Shown in pieces: positions 9,285-18,900 of a stretch of 64,000 nucleotides of DNA (the first letter of the stretch is position 1; every line of letters starts with the position of its first letter). The DNA comes from an uncultured Phycisphaeraceae bacterium (GTDB lineage: Bacteria; Planctomycetota; Phycisphaerae; Phycisphaerales; UBA1924). The notes below the pieces were generated by a model, which saw only the letters and a program-made list of their open reading frames with translations, did no database searches and was not told the DNA's origin. The stretch spans positions 50,359 through 114,358 of the forward strand of contig CAZTQV010000013.1 in assembly GCA_964615815.1 (NCBI GenBank). The letters are read 5' to 3'. Both the position numbers and the translations under genes were made by a program.

Positions 9285-10139
9285 GTGGCGGACAAGACCG
9301 GCGAGAAGTCGCTGCTTGAGTACAGGCCGCAGGAGTACGGCGAAGATCCGACTGCTGTTCGGGAATCGGATACCTACACGGACGAGTATGTCCGCGGGTT
9401 CGTGGAGAAGTGGGACGAGCTGATCGACTGGGATGCGCGGGCGGAGAGCGAGGGGTCGTTTTTCATCGAGCACCTGCGTGAGCGGGGCGTGAAGCGCGTG
9501 CTGGATGTGGCGACGGGCACGGGGTTTCACTCGATCCGCCTCCTCGAGGCGGGGTTCGATGTGGTGAGCGTGGACGGGAGCCCGTACATGCTCGCGAAGG
9601 CGTTCGAGAACGGGCGGAAGCGCGGGCATGTGCTGCGGACGCGGCACGCGGACTGGCGCTGGCTGAACCGCGATGTGCTGGGGCGTTTTGACGCGGTGAT
9701 CTGCCTGGGCAACTCGTTCACGCACCTGCACAACGAGCGCGATCGGACGAAGACACTGGCGGAGTTCTACGCGGCGCTGGTGCACGACGGGGTGTTGATC
9801 CTGGATCAGCGGAACTACGACCGCATCCTCGACGCCGGGTTCGCGTCGAAGCACAAGTACTACTACTGCGGCGACCAGGTGACGGCCGAGCCCGAGCACA
9901 CGGACGAGGGGCTGTGCCGCTTCCGGTACAGCTTCCCGGACGGGTCGCACTACCACCTGAACATGTTCCCGCTGCGGAAGGACTACACGCGCACGCTCAT
10001 GCGCCAGGTGGGTTTCCAGAAGATCGAGACCTACGGGGACTTCAAGGAGACCTTCCACGACAACGACCCGGACTTCTTCGTGCATGTGGCGGAGAAGAAC
10101 TACGACTCGCTCCCGCGTGAGGAAGGAGAGCAGGCTTGA
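9285..10139 (+). CDS. Glycine/sarcosine N-methyltransferase (GNMT-family SAM methyltransferase).
   Basis: VLDVATGTGFHSIRLLEAGFDVVSVDGSPYML SAM-binding motif. Overall similarity to GNMT/GSMT. GTG start. Sits directly upstream of an SDMT-type gene. Confidence 0.75.
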   Translation: MADKTGEKSLLEYRPQEYGEDPTAVRESDTYTDEYVRGFVEKWDELIDWDARAESEGSFFIEHLRERGVKRVLDVATGTGFHSIRLLEAGFDVVSVDGSPYMLAKAFENGRKRGHVLRTRHADWRWLNRDVLGRFDAVICLGNSFTHLHNERDRTKTLAEFYAALVHDGVLILDQRNYDRILDAGFASKHKYYYCGDQVTAEPEHTDEGLCRFRYSFPDGSHYHLNMFPLRKDYTRTLMRQVGFQKIETYGDFKETFHDNDPDFFVHVAEKNYDSLPREEGEQA

Positions 10140-10969
10140 GCGGCACCGACCAGGCCACGCAGACCGCGCGCGACTACTACAACAGCGCCGACGCCGACAC
10201 CTTCTACGCGGAGGTGTGGGGCGGCGAGGACATCCATGTGGGGCTCTACGAGAGCGCGGATGAGCCGATCCGCACGGCGAGCCGGCGGACCGTTGACCAC
10301 ATGGCCAACCGGCTGGGTCACCTCGACCCCAAGGCCGTGGTCCTCGACATCGGCGCGGGGTACGGGGGCGCGGCGCGGCGGCTGGTCCAGCGGTGCAGCT
10401 GCCGGGTGGTTTGCCTGAATCTTGCCGAGGCGGAGAACGAGCGGAACCGCGAGCTGAACATCGCGGCGGGCCTGGCGCCGAACATCGAGGTCGTTGACGG
10501 CAGCTTCGAGGACATCCCCGCGCCGGACGGCTCGTTCGACGCGGTGTGGTGCCAGGACGCGATCCTGCACTCGGGGAATCGTGCGAAGGTGCTCGGAGAG
10601 GTCAACCGAGTGCTGAAGCACGGCGGGAAGTTCGTCTTCACCGACCCGATGCGGGCCGATGACTGCCCGGAGGGCGTGCTCGACCCGATCCTCGCGCGGA
10701 TCCACCTGCCGGACCTCGGCTCGCCGGGGTTCTACATGGGTGAGGCGGAGAAGCACGGGTGGAAGAACCTGGGTTTCGAGGACCTGACCGGGCAGCTCGC
10801 CAACCACTACCGCCGCGTGCTCGAGACGCTCCAAGAAGAAGAGGAGCGGCTGAAGGGTAAGATCTCGCCCGAGTACATCGAGCGGATGAAGGCCGGGCTC
10901 GGGCACTGGATCAAGGGCGGGACGGATCGTCACCTGGCGTGGGGCGTGTTCCTGTTCCAGAAGCCATGA
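10136..10969 (+). CDS. Sarcosine/dimethylglycine N-methyltransferase.
   Basis: Signature ARDYYNSADADTFYAEVWGGEDIHVGLY, typical of SDMT/DMT enzymes of the glycine-methylation betaine pathway. SAM motif VLDIGAGYGGAARRL. Confidence 0.8.
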   Translation: MSGTDQATQTARDYYNSADADTFYAEVWGGEDIHVGLYESADEPIRTASRRTVDHMANRLGHLDPKAVVLDIGAGYGGAARRLVQRCSCRVVCLNLAEAENERNRELNIAAGLAPNIEVVDGSFEDIPAPDGSFDAVWCQDAILHSGNRAKVLGEVNRVLKHGGKFVFTDPMRADDCPEGVLDPILARIHLPDLGSPGFYMGEAEKHGWKNLGFEDLTGQLANHYRRVLETLQEEEERLKGKISPEYIERMKAGLGHWIKGGTDRHLAWGVFLFQKP

Positions 10970-12750
10970 GCGAGACCGACCCGCGTGATACGACTGCCGA
11001 GACGACGCCCGATGATGCGGCGCTGATCTACGAGGACACGCCGGAGCTGCCGAGCGTCAGCCTCGGTCCGCACTTCGAGATGCACCCGGTGGTGTTCCCG
11101 GCGGGGGCGCTGATCGTGCTCACGCTCGTCATCCTGGCGTTCGTGTTCCCCATGCTCGCCCCGGAGACGGAGCTCGTCGATGTCTTCGACGGCGTGCGAG
11201 AGTGGATCGGCGGCACCTTCGGCTGGCTGTATGTCGCCGCGATGACCGGTTTTCTCGTGTTCGCGACCTGGCTCGCGTTCGGCAAGTATGGCGGCGTGCC
11301 GCTGGGCCGGAACGACGAGAAGCCGGAGTTCAACCGGCTCACCTGGTTCGCGATGCTGTTCAGTGCCGGCATGGGGATCGGGCTGGTGTTCTGGAGCGTC
11401 GCCGAACCGGTGGCGCACTTCAACGACATGCCGCCGGGCTTCGCGCAGGGCCTCAACGAGAGCCGGCTTGCGATGGCCGTCACGATCTTCCACTGGGGCC
11501 TGCACCCCTGGGCGCTGTACGCCGTCGTCGCCCTCGCCCTCGCCTACTTCGGCTTCCGCCGCGGGCTTCCGCTTGGGTTCCGCTCGCTGCTGTATCCCAT
11601 CTTCGGCGATCGCGTCTGGGGCCGCTTCGGCGACGCCATCGACACGCTCGCGATCATCGCGACGCTGACGGGCGTGGCGACCTCGCTCGGGCTCGGGGCC
11701 CAGCAGGTCAACGCGGGGCTGGCGTTCCTGTTCGGCGTGCCGATTGGGACGCTCACGCAGGTCATCCTGATCGCCGCGATCACGGCGGTGGCCACGGTCT
11801 CCGTCGTGCTCGGTTTGGGCACGGGCATCCGCCGGCTCAGCGAGCTGAACATGACGCTGGCCGCGGTCCTGATGATCATGGTGATCCTGGGCAGCGGCGT
11901 GGTGGCGTTCCTGGGCTCGACGATCGAGAACACCGGTGCCTACCTGCAGCTCCTGCCGTTCAGCTCGTTCCGAACCGGCGCGAGCAGCCCGGACGGGCAG
12001 GCGTGGCTCAACGGCTGGACCGTCTTCTACTGGGCGTGGTGGATCTCGTGGTCGCCCTTCGTCGGCATGTTCATCGCGCGGATCTCGCGGGGGCGGACCA
12101 TCCGCGAGTTCATCGCCGGGACGCTGGTCGTCCCGACGGCCGTCGGCATCGTCTGGCTCACCGCCTTCGGCGCGACGACGCTGCGCGCCGATGTCACGCA
12201 CGACCGCCAGGTCGAGGCCTTCGCCGCGGGTGAAGTCGAGGTCAACCCCGACGCCGCGCTCGGCGAGTTCCCGGTGACCTACGGCGAGGGCGAGCCGACG
12301 GTGGAGCCCATGACGGCCGCGGAGTATCTCGACTCGGCCATCGTGCACGAGAACACGGGCGAGCCGCTCAGCTACGACGAGAAGCTCTCCACGGTGCTGT
12401 TCGTGCTCCTGGGCAACATCTTCGACCACGGCGTGCTGGCAAAGGTCGCCATCGGCATCGCGACCCTGTGCATCGTGCTGTTCTTCGTCACCTCGTCCGA
12501 CTCGGCCTCGCTCGTCATCGACATGATCGCCTCGGGCGGCAACCCCGACCCGCCGGTCGGCACGCGCCTCTTCTGGGCGGTCACCGAGGGCGTGGTCGCC
12601 GCGGCGTTGCTCGTCGCGGGCGGGCTGAAGGCGCTGCAGGCCGCGTCGATCACAGCGGCGCTGCCGTTCACGATCATCCTGATGCTGGCCTGCTGGGCGC
12701 TGGTCAAGGGGCTCCGCGAGGAGCGGCTGGACGCCCTGCCTACCTCGTAA
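10966..12750 (+). CDS. BCCT family (betaine/carnitine/choline) transporter.
   Basis: BCCT signature WAWWISWSPFVGMFIARISRGRTIREFI. 12 predicted TM segments. Start taken at MSETDPRD (ATGA overlap with the SDMT stop); the track ORF starts at 10939. Confidence 0.85.
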   Translation: MSETDPRDTTAETTPDDAALIYEDTPELPSVSLGPHFEMHPVVFPAGALIVLTLVILAFVFPMLAPETELVDVFDGVREWIGGTFGWLYVAAMTGFLVFATWLAFGKYGGVPLGRNDEKPEFNRLTWFAMLFSAGMGIGLVFWSVAEPVAHFNDMPPGFAQGLNESRLAMAVTIFHWGLHPWALYAVVALALAYFGFRRGLPLGFRSLLYPIFGDRVWGRFGDAIDTLAIIATLTGVATSLGLGAQQVNAGLAFLFGVPIGTLTQVILIAAITAVATVSVVLGLGTGIRRLSELNMTLAAVLMIMVILGSGVVAFLGSTIENTGAYLQLLPFSSFRTGASSPDGQAWLNGWTVFYWAWWISWSPFVGMFIARISRGRTIREFIAGTLVVPTAVGIVWLTAFGATTLRADVTHDRQVEAFAAGEVEVNPDAALGEFPVTYGEGEPTVEPMTAAEYLDSAIVHENTGEPLSYDEKLSTVLFVLLGNIFDHGVLAKVAIGIATLCIVLFFVTSSDSASLVIDMIASGGNPDPPVGTRLFWAVTEGVVAAALLVAGGLKALQAASITAALPFTIILMLACWALVKGLREERLDALPTS

Positions 12751-15700
12751 TCAGTTGCACCCGACCGCGAACGACTGCAGGAACGACGAGATATCCGCGA
12801 AGGTGAACTGCCCGATCGGCGCCGCGATGTCGGCGGCGGGGTCCATCGCGCTGAACGCGGCGAGGAACGCCGAGATATCCGCGAAGCTGAGCTGGCCGAC
12901 CGGGAAGGCGAAGTCGCTGCGGCAGGTGATGGCGACGACGGCCTCGTCGGCGTCGTAGAACATGCGGATCACCGCGTCCGCCGGCAGGGTGCCGACATAC
13001 TCGACGGTGTCGAACCGGCCCGTGAGGTTGGGCGAGGTGACGACGGTGTAGCGCGAGGGGCGGGGCGGGACGAAGCCGTCGATGGGCTCGAAGCGGATCG
13101 TGCCGCCGAGCTGCACGGGCAGGGTCGCGTCGATGCGGTCGTTGACTTCGACGGCGTTCGCCTGGGCGGTGTAGGTGGCGGTGGGGGCGAGGGTCAGGAT
13201 CGAAGCGGGCCCGGTGGAGCCGGCAACGATGGTGTTCACCGGGCCGGTGGTGGGGCTGGTGGCGGTGCCGGGGGCGATGCCACCCTCGATGACGATCGAG
13301 CCCACGAGGCGGCCGCGGCCGGTGAGCGACTGGCCCGCGCCGAGCGTCAGCGTGGCCCCGTCGAAGGCGAAGAGGCGGGCGTCGTTGAAGTCGCCGCTGG
13401 TGTCGGGGATGTTCAGCACGATGTCGCCCGTGCCGGTGATGGTGGTGTCGGCGGGGGCGTTCAGGCTCGTTGTGAAGATGCCGCCGCCCGTGGTGGTGTT
13501 GATGAGCAACGAGCCGTCGTTGACGAAGCCGCCGAGGATGTCGACCTCGGCGCCGTCGCGGATGCCGGCGTCTCCCGTGTTCTGCACATTCTCGATCGTG
13601 TTCGCGTTGCCCAGGAAGTGCACCGCGCCGCCGTTGCTGCTGGCGAGCGTGCCCCCGGAGAGGGCGGCGTTGAGGAGGACGGCGAACCCGCCGTCGTCGC
13701 CGCGGAGCTGGCCGTTCGCGGCCTGCGTCATCGTCCCCGTGATGCGCAGGTCCTGGCCCGCGCGGTCGCCCGTGATGGTGCCTTCGTTGATCCAGTTGCC
13801 GATCATTTGCCCCTTGCCGGAGATGGTGTGGCCGGGGCCGTGGGTCGCGGTGACGGGGCCGACGCCGTCGGTGCGGAGCTGCGCGTCGCCGAAGTCGGCG
13901 TTGCCGTCGCCGACATTCAGCTCGATGCGCCCCGTGCCCTCGATCGTGGTGTCTTCGGCGGCGTTGAGCACGCTGGTGAAGACGCTCTGCTCGGCGTTCA
14001 CGACGAAGAGGCCGTCGTTGACCAGCCCGCCGGACAGCAGGTCGATCCGGCCGCCGCTGCGGATGCCGGCGTCGCCGGTGTTGTGGATGTTGCTCACGGT
14101 GCTCGCGGTGCCCAGGGCGTACACGCCGCCGCCGCTGCCGTCGCTGGCGAAGGTGACTCCGTCGAGCGTGGCGCCCTCGATCGCGACGAACCCGCCGTTG
14201 ACCCCGTTCAGCAGCCCGTCGCTCCCGGGCAGCAGGCGGGCCGTGACGCGCAGGTCCTGCCCCGGGCGATCGGCCCGGATCTCGCCGCGCATGATCCAGT
14301 CGCCGCGCACGCGGCCCTTGCCGTAAATGACCTGCCCGGCCCCGAGCGTCCCGGTGATGTCGGTGCCCGTCGTCACGCGGGCGTCATCGAAGTCGGCGTT
14401 GGCGTCGTTGACATTGAGCTGGATCGTGCCGACGCCGTCGATCGCGGTGTCGTCGACGATCGTGAGCGTGGTGGTGAAGGGCGAGCTGTTGTCGTTGATG
14501 TCGATCGTGCCGTTGTTGGTCAGCCCGCCGCCGGCGACGCCGAGCGTCTGCCCGCCGTTGATGCCGACCGCGCCCTCGTTGGTGACGCCGTCGAGCGTGC
14601 TGGTGCCGCCGGTGGCGACGACCCGGCCGGCGTCGGCCTTCGTCAGCTTGCCGCCGGTGACGGTGACCGCGTTCAGCCCGAGCACGCCCCCGTTGATCGC
14701 CCGCAGCTCGCCGCTCGGCGGCTGCACGAGCTGGCCGCTGACGCGAAGTTCCTGCCCGGCGCGGTCGGCGAGAAAGGTGCCGTTGTTGACCCACGACCCG
14801 TTGATCAGCCCCTTGCCCGAGACGGTGTGGTTCGCGCCGTTGGTCGCGGTGACGCCGGTGTCGGTGAACAGCAGCGCGTCGCCCAGGTCGACATTGGCGT
14901 CCGCGACATTCAGGTCGAAGACGCCCCCGCCCGAGATCGTCGTGCTCGCGCTCACCCGCACGCGGGCCGAGAGCGAGCTCTGGAAGACATTCACCGTGAC
15001 CGTGGCGTTGTTCGTCACCGGCCCCGCGATGATCATCTCGCCCGTGTTGGTGGTCTCGACCACGCCGGACAGCGTCACGCCGTTGGTCAGCGTGCCCGCG
15101 CTCGAGCCGAACCGCACCCGCCCGCCGGTATCGGACGACACCGGCCCGCCGCGGATGATCGCCCCTTCGGCGATGCCCAGGATGCCCCCGCCCGTCGCCC
15201 GCAGCTCGCCCGTGCCCGAGCGCGTCACATCGCCCGACACGCGCAGCTCCTGGTCCGCGCGGTCCGCGAGGATCAGGCCCGCGTTCGTGAACACGCCCGA
15301 CACGATCCCCTTGCCCTTGATCGTGTGCCCCGCCCCGTGCAGGCCCGCGCCCGCGATGGTCAGCCGCGCGTCGGAGAAGTCAACATTCCCGTCGGCCAGG
15401 TTCAGCTCGACGATCCCCGACCCCGTCAGCATCCCGGGAGCGCTGCCGCCGATGTCCAGACGGTTGCTGAGCGCCCCCTGGTTCGCGTTCAGCACGATCA
15501 CCCCGTCGTTCACCACCGAGCCGCCGGGCACCGCGTAGGTCTGCGCGTTGTTGATCGCCAGCACAGCCTCCGGGTTCAGGATCGACAGACCCCCGACCGT
15601 GGGCGAGGTCCGCACCGTCACCGTGTACGCCCCGGCCAGCGAGATCTCCGCTGACTCCGAGATCGTGTCCGGCACGCCCATCGACCAACTCGCCGCGTCG

Positions 15701-15810
15701 TCGTAGAACCCGCCGCCGGCGTTGTTCCACGAGCTGACCTGCCCGTGCGTCGCCCCGGCAAGGGCGACCAAGAGCAGAGGGGCGGCGATGCGATGGGCTG
15801 AACGGACCAT
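12751..15810 (-). CDS. Giant secreted repeat protein A (~1019 aa). About 10 tandem modules of ~100 aa with the pattern GxGHTIxGKG...ADRxGQxLRxxG, plus a C-terminal tandem FADIS module.
   Basis: Signal peptide MVRSAHRIAAPLLLVALAGATHG. The ATG at 15810 was chosen rather than the longer track ORF. Internal repeats are visible in the translation. C-terminus CRSDFAFPVGQLSFADISAFLAAFSAMDPAADIAAPIGQFTFADISSFLQSFAVGCN. Confidence 0.8.
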   Translation of the reverse strand: MVRSAHRIAAPLLLVALAGATHGQVSSWNNAGGGFYDDAASWSMGVPDTISESAEISLAGAYTVTVRTSPTVGGLSILNPEAVLAINNAQTYAVPGGSVVNDGVIVLNANQGALSNRLDIGGSAPGMLTGSGIVELNLADGNVDFSDARLTIAGAGLHGAGHTIKGKGIVSGVFTNAGLILADRADQELRVSGDVTRSGTGELRATGGGILGIAEGAIIRGGPVSSDTGGRVRFGSSAGTLTNGVTLSGVVETTNTGEMIIAGPVTNNATVTVNVFQSSLSARVRVSASTTISGGGVFDLNVADANVDLGDALLFTDTGVTATNGANHTVSGKGLINGSWVNNGTFLADRAGQELRVSGQLVQPPSGELRAINGGVLGLNAVTVTGGKLTKADAGRVVATGGTSTLDGVTNEGAVGINGGQTLGVAGGGLTNNGTIDINDNSSPFTTTLTIVDDTAIDGVGTIQLNVNDANADFDDARVTTGTDITGTLGAGQVIYGKGRVRGDWIMRGEIRADRPGQDLRVTARLLPGSDGLLNGVNGGFVAIEGATLDGVTFASDGSGGGVYALGTASTVSNIHNTGDAGIRSGGRIDLLSGGLVNDGLFVVNAEQSVFTSVLNAAEDTTIEGTGRIELNVGDGNADFGDAQLRTDGVGPVTATHGPGHTISGKGQMIGNWINEGTITGDRAGQDLRITGTMTQAANGQLRGDDGGFAVLLNAALSGGTLASSNGGAVHFLGNANTIENVQNTGDAGIRDGAEVDILGGFVNDGSLLINTTTGGGIFTTSLNAPADTTITGTGDIVLNIPDTSGDFNDARLFAFDGATLTLGAGQSLTGRGRLVGSIVIEGGIAPGTATSPTTGPVNTIVAGSTGPASILTLAPTATYTAQANAVEVNDRIDATLPVQLGGTIRFEPIDGFVPPRPSRYTVVTSPNLTGRFDTVEYVGTLPADAVIRMFYDADEAVVAITCRSDFAFPVGQLSFADISAFLAAFSAMDPAADIAAPIGQFTFADISSFLQSFAVGCN

Positions 15811-15947
15811 TCTCTTCTCTCCCAAGTACTTGGACGGCCCCGGGGAGACCGCGCAGCACCCCCGGGAACCGGGAGGGTACAGCCGCGCGGGCCTCGATGA
15901 AAGCGGAAACAGCCGCGAAAGCGCGCCCCGAGCCCCGTTCCGGACCC

Positions 15948-18900
15948 TCAGGGGCACCCGCCGGCGAAGGCCGACAGAAACGCCGAGATATCGGCAAAGG
16001 TGAACTCCCCGGCGGGCGCCGCGAAGTCCGCGGCGGGGTCCCGGGCCGCGAACGCCGAGAGGAACACGGAGATATCCGCGAAGGTCAGCGAGCCCACCGG
16101 CAGGGCGAGGTCGGCGGAGCAGGTGACGACCGCGAGGACCCGCGTCGGCTCGACGAACACGCGGAACACCCCGCCCGGGGCCAGGTCGCCCGTGAACTCG
16201 ACCGCGTCGAACCCGCCCGTGATCGAGGGCGCCGTGATCAGCGGGAACTCAGCGCCGACGAACGGCACGAACCCGTCGATCGGTTCGAAGCGGAGTGTCC
16301 CGCCAAGCTCGACCGGAACGGTCGCCTCGATGCGGTCGTGTATGAAGATGAAGCTTGCCTGGACCTCGTAGACCGAGGTCTCCGTCAGCACAACGCCCGA
16401 ATCCGGACCGTTGCTGTCGGCGGTGATGATATCGGTCGGGGCATCCGCCGAGCCGGGCGAGAGCGCCCCCTCCACGCGGAACGAGCCGAGGAGTTGCCCG
16501 CGGCCGCTGATCGTCTGGCCCGGGCCAAGGGTGAGCGTCACGCCGGGGTCGGTGCGGAGCCGGGCGTCCTCGACAAGCCCGCTTCGTTTGCTCGTGTTGA
16601 GCACAATCCCGCCGTTTCCTTCGATGGTCGAATCCACCGTCGCGTCAAGGCTGGCTATGGAAATACCGGCGGTCGAGTTCACGACGATGATGCCGTCGTT
16701 GATCAACCCGCCGAGGATGTCCACAGACGCGAACTCTCGTACACCAGCTTCGCCAGTGTTGCGGATGTTCGCGATCGTGTTCGCTCTGCCCCTGAAGTCA
16801 ACGCCACCGCCCGTGCTGCTGGCGAGGGTGCCACCGGAAAGACTGGCATTGCTCAATGTCGCGCGGCCCCCGTTCTCCCCGCGGATGACACCCGTCGAGG
16901 TCTGCGTCATCGTGTCGCTGATGCGGAGATCCTGGCCCGGGCGATCGGCGACGATGATCCCCTCGTTGATCCATGTCCCGCTGATCTGGCCCTTGCCCGC
17001 GATCGTGTGGCCGGGTCCGTTGGTCGCGATCGCGGCATTGAGAAAGTCGGTTGTAATTTCGGCATCTTCGTAGTCTGAGCCGGCATCAGCGAGGTTAAGC
17101 TCGACGCGGCCGGTGCCGTTGATGGCTGCAGACTCCAGGAAATAGAGAGTTGTAGGACTTGCCTCGGCAGTCACATTGACCACGAACATCCCGTCATTGA
17201 TCATGCCGCCAGCGAGGAGATCGAGCCGCCTGCCCGCCACGATGCCTGAGACGCCGGTGTTATGGATGTTGTTGGCGCGACTTGGCAATTCCTGCCTACC
17301 GGCCGCATAGACGCCGCCACCGGCGTCGTCGCTTGCTAGGGTCAGGCCGTCAAGGTGTGCCTCAAAGATAATTACGCCACCGTTTATGGCGTTGAGTAAG
17401 CCGTCACTCCCCGACATCGAGTTGCTGAAGATTCGGCCACCGCCGGGGCGGTCGGCGCGGATCTCGCCGTGCACAATCCAATTGCCGATGACAAAGCCCT
17501 CGCCGAGGATGATGAGTTGCGAGGCACCGAGTGTTCCGGTCGTGCCATTCGCGACGCGGAGCTGGGAGCGTTCGTAAAGGCGGATGGCGCCGGCTCCATC
17601 GATGTTTGCGTTGTCGACCAGGGTGAGCGTGGTGCCGAACACCGAGCCGTCATCGCCAACATCGACGATGCCGTTGTTGGTCAATCCGCTGGCGATGACC
17701 AGCGTCTGTCCGTCCATCAGGCCCAGCGTGCCCTCGTTCGTCACGCCGACCAGCGTCGTCGGGCCACCTGTCGCGACGATGTGACCGCCTTCGTCCGTGG
17801 TGAGCGAGCCGCCGGTCAGCGTGAGGTTGTTCAGCCCGAGGACGCCCCCGTTGACCGCGCGGAGTTCGCCCTCGCCAGACTGCACGACCTCGCCGCGTAC
17901 ACGCAGTTCCTGGCCAGGGCGATCGCTCAAAAATGTGCCTTCGTTGATCCACGACCCGTCGATCCGCCCTTTGCCGGAGATGGTGTGGCTCGCCCCGTTG
18001 GTCGCGATGACCCCGGAATCGGTGTAGATGTAGGCTTCAGAGAACTCGTCGCTGCTGTCCGCGACATTCAGATCAATCTTTCCGCTTCCGGAAATCGCCG
18101 CAGAGGTGCGGATGCGGATCGCCGAAATCGACGAACTCTGAAACGCATTCACGGAAACCGTCGCGTTGTTCGTCACCGGCCCCGCGATGATCATCTGGCC
18201 CGCGTCGGTCGTTTCGACGACACCCGAAAGCACGACACCATTGGTCAGCGTGCCGGTACCCGAGCCGAACCGGATTCGTCCTCCCGAATCCGACGATACC
18301 GACCCGCCGCGGATGACCGCCCCATCGGCAACGCCCAGGACGCCGCCGTTGGTCGCGCGAAATGCGCCCGATCCGAAGCCCCGGACATTGCCGCCGATGC
18401 GCAGTTCCTGGCCCGGCCGGTCCGCAAGGATCAGCCCGCTGTTGGTAAAGACGCCGAGGACGGTCCCCTTGCCCTTGATCGTGTGCCCCGCCCCGTGCAG
18501 CCCGTTCCCGCTGATGCGGACCCGCGCACCGGCGAGATCATCGCTCGCGTCGCCCAGGTTCAACTCCAGAACGCCCGTGCCTGTCAGCATCCCGTCGATG
18601 CCGCCACCGCCGATGTCGAGCAGGCTGCTCAGCGGCCCCTGGTCCGCGTTCAGGACGATCAGGCCGTCGTTCACCACGGACCCGTTCGCCACGCCGTAGG
18701 ACCGGTCGCTGTTGATCGCCAAGACCGCACCCGGGTTGCGGATCGCGAGCGATCCCGCCGTGGGTGAGGTCCGCACCGTCACCGTGTACATGCCCGCGAG
18801 CGAGATCTCGGCCGATGCCGAGATGGTGTCCGGCACGCCCATCGACCAACTCGATGCATCGTCGTAGAACCCCCCGCTCGGGTTCGTCCACGAGCTGACT

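Noticed and set aside
13618-15654. 678-aa and 403-aa plus-strand ORFs inside the giant repeat gene
   Set aside because: Antisense of giant repeat protein A, whose signal peptide, repeats and conserved C-terminal module identify the true frame.
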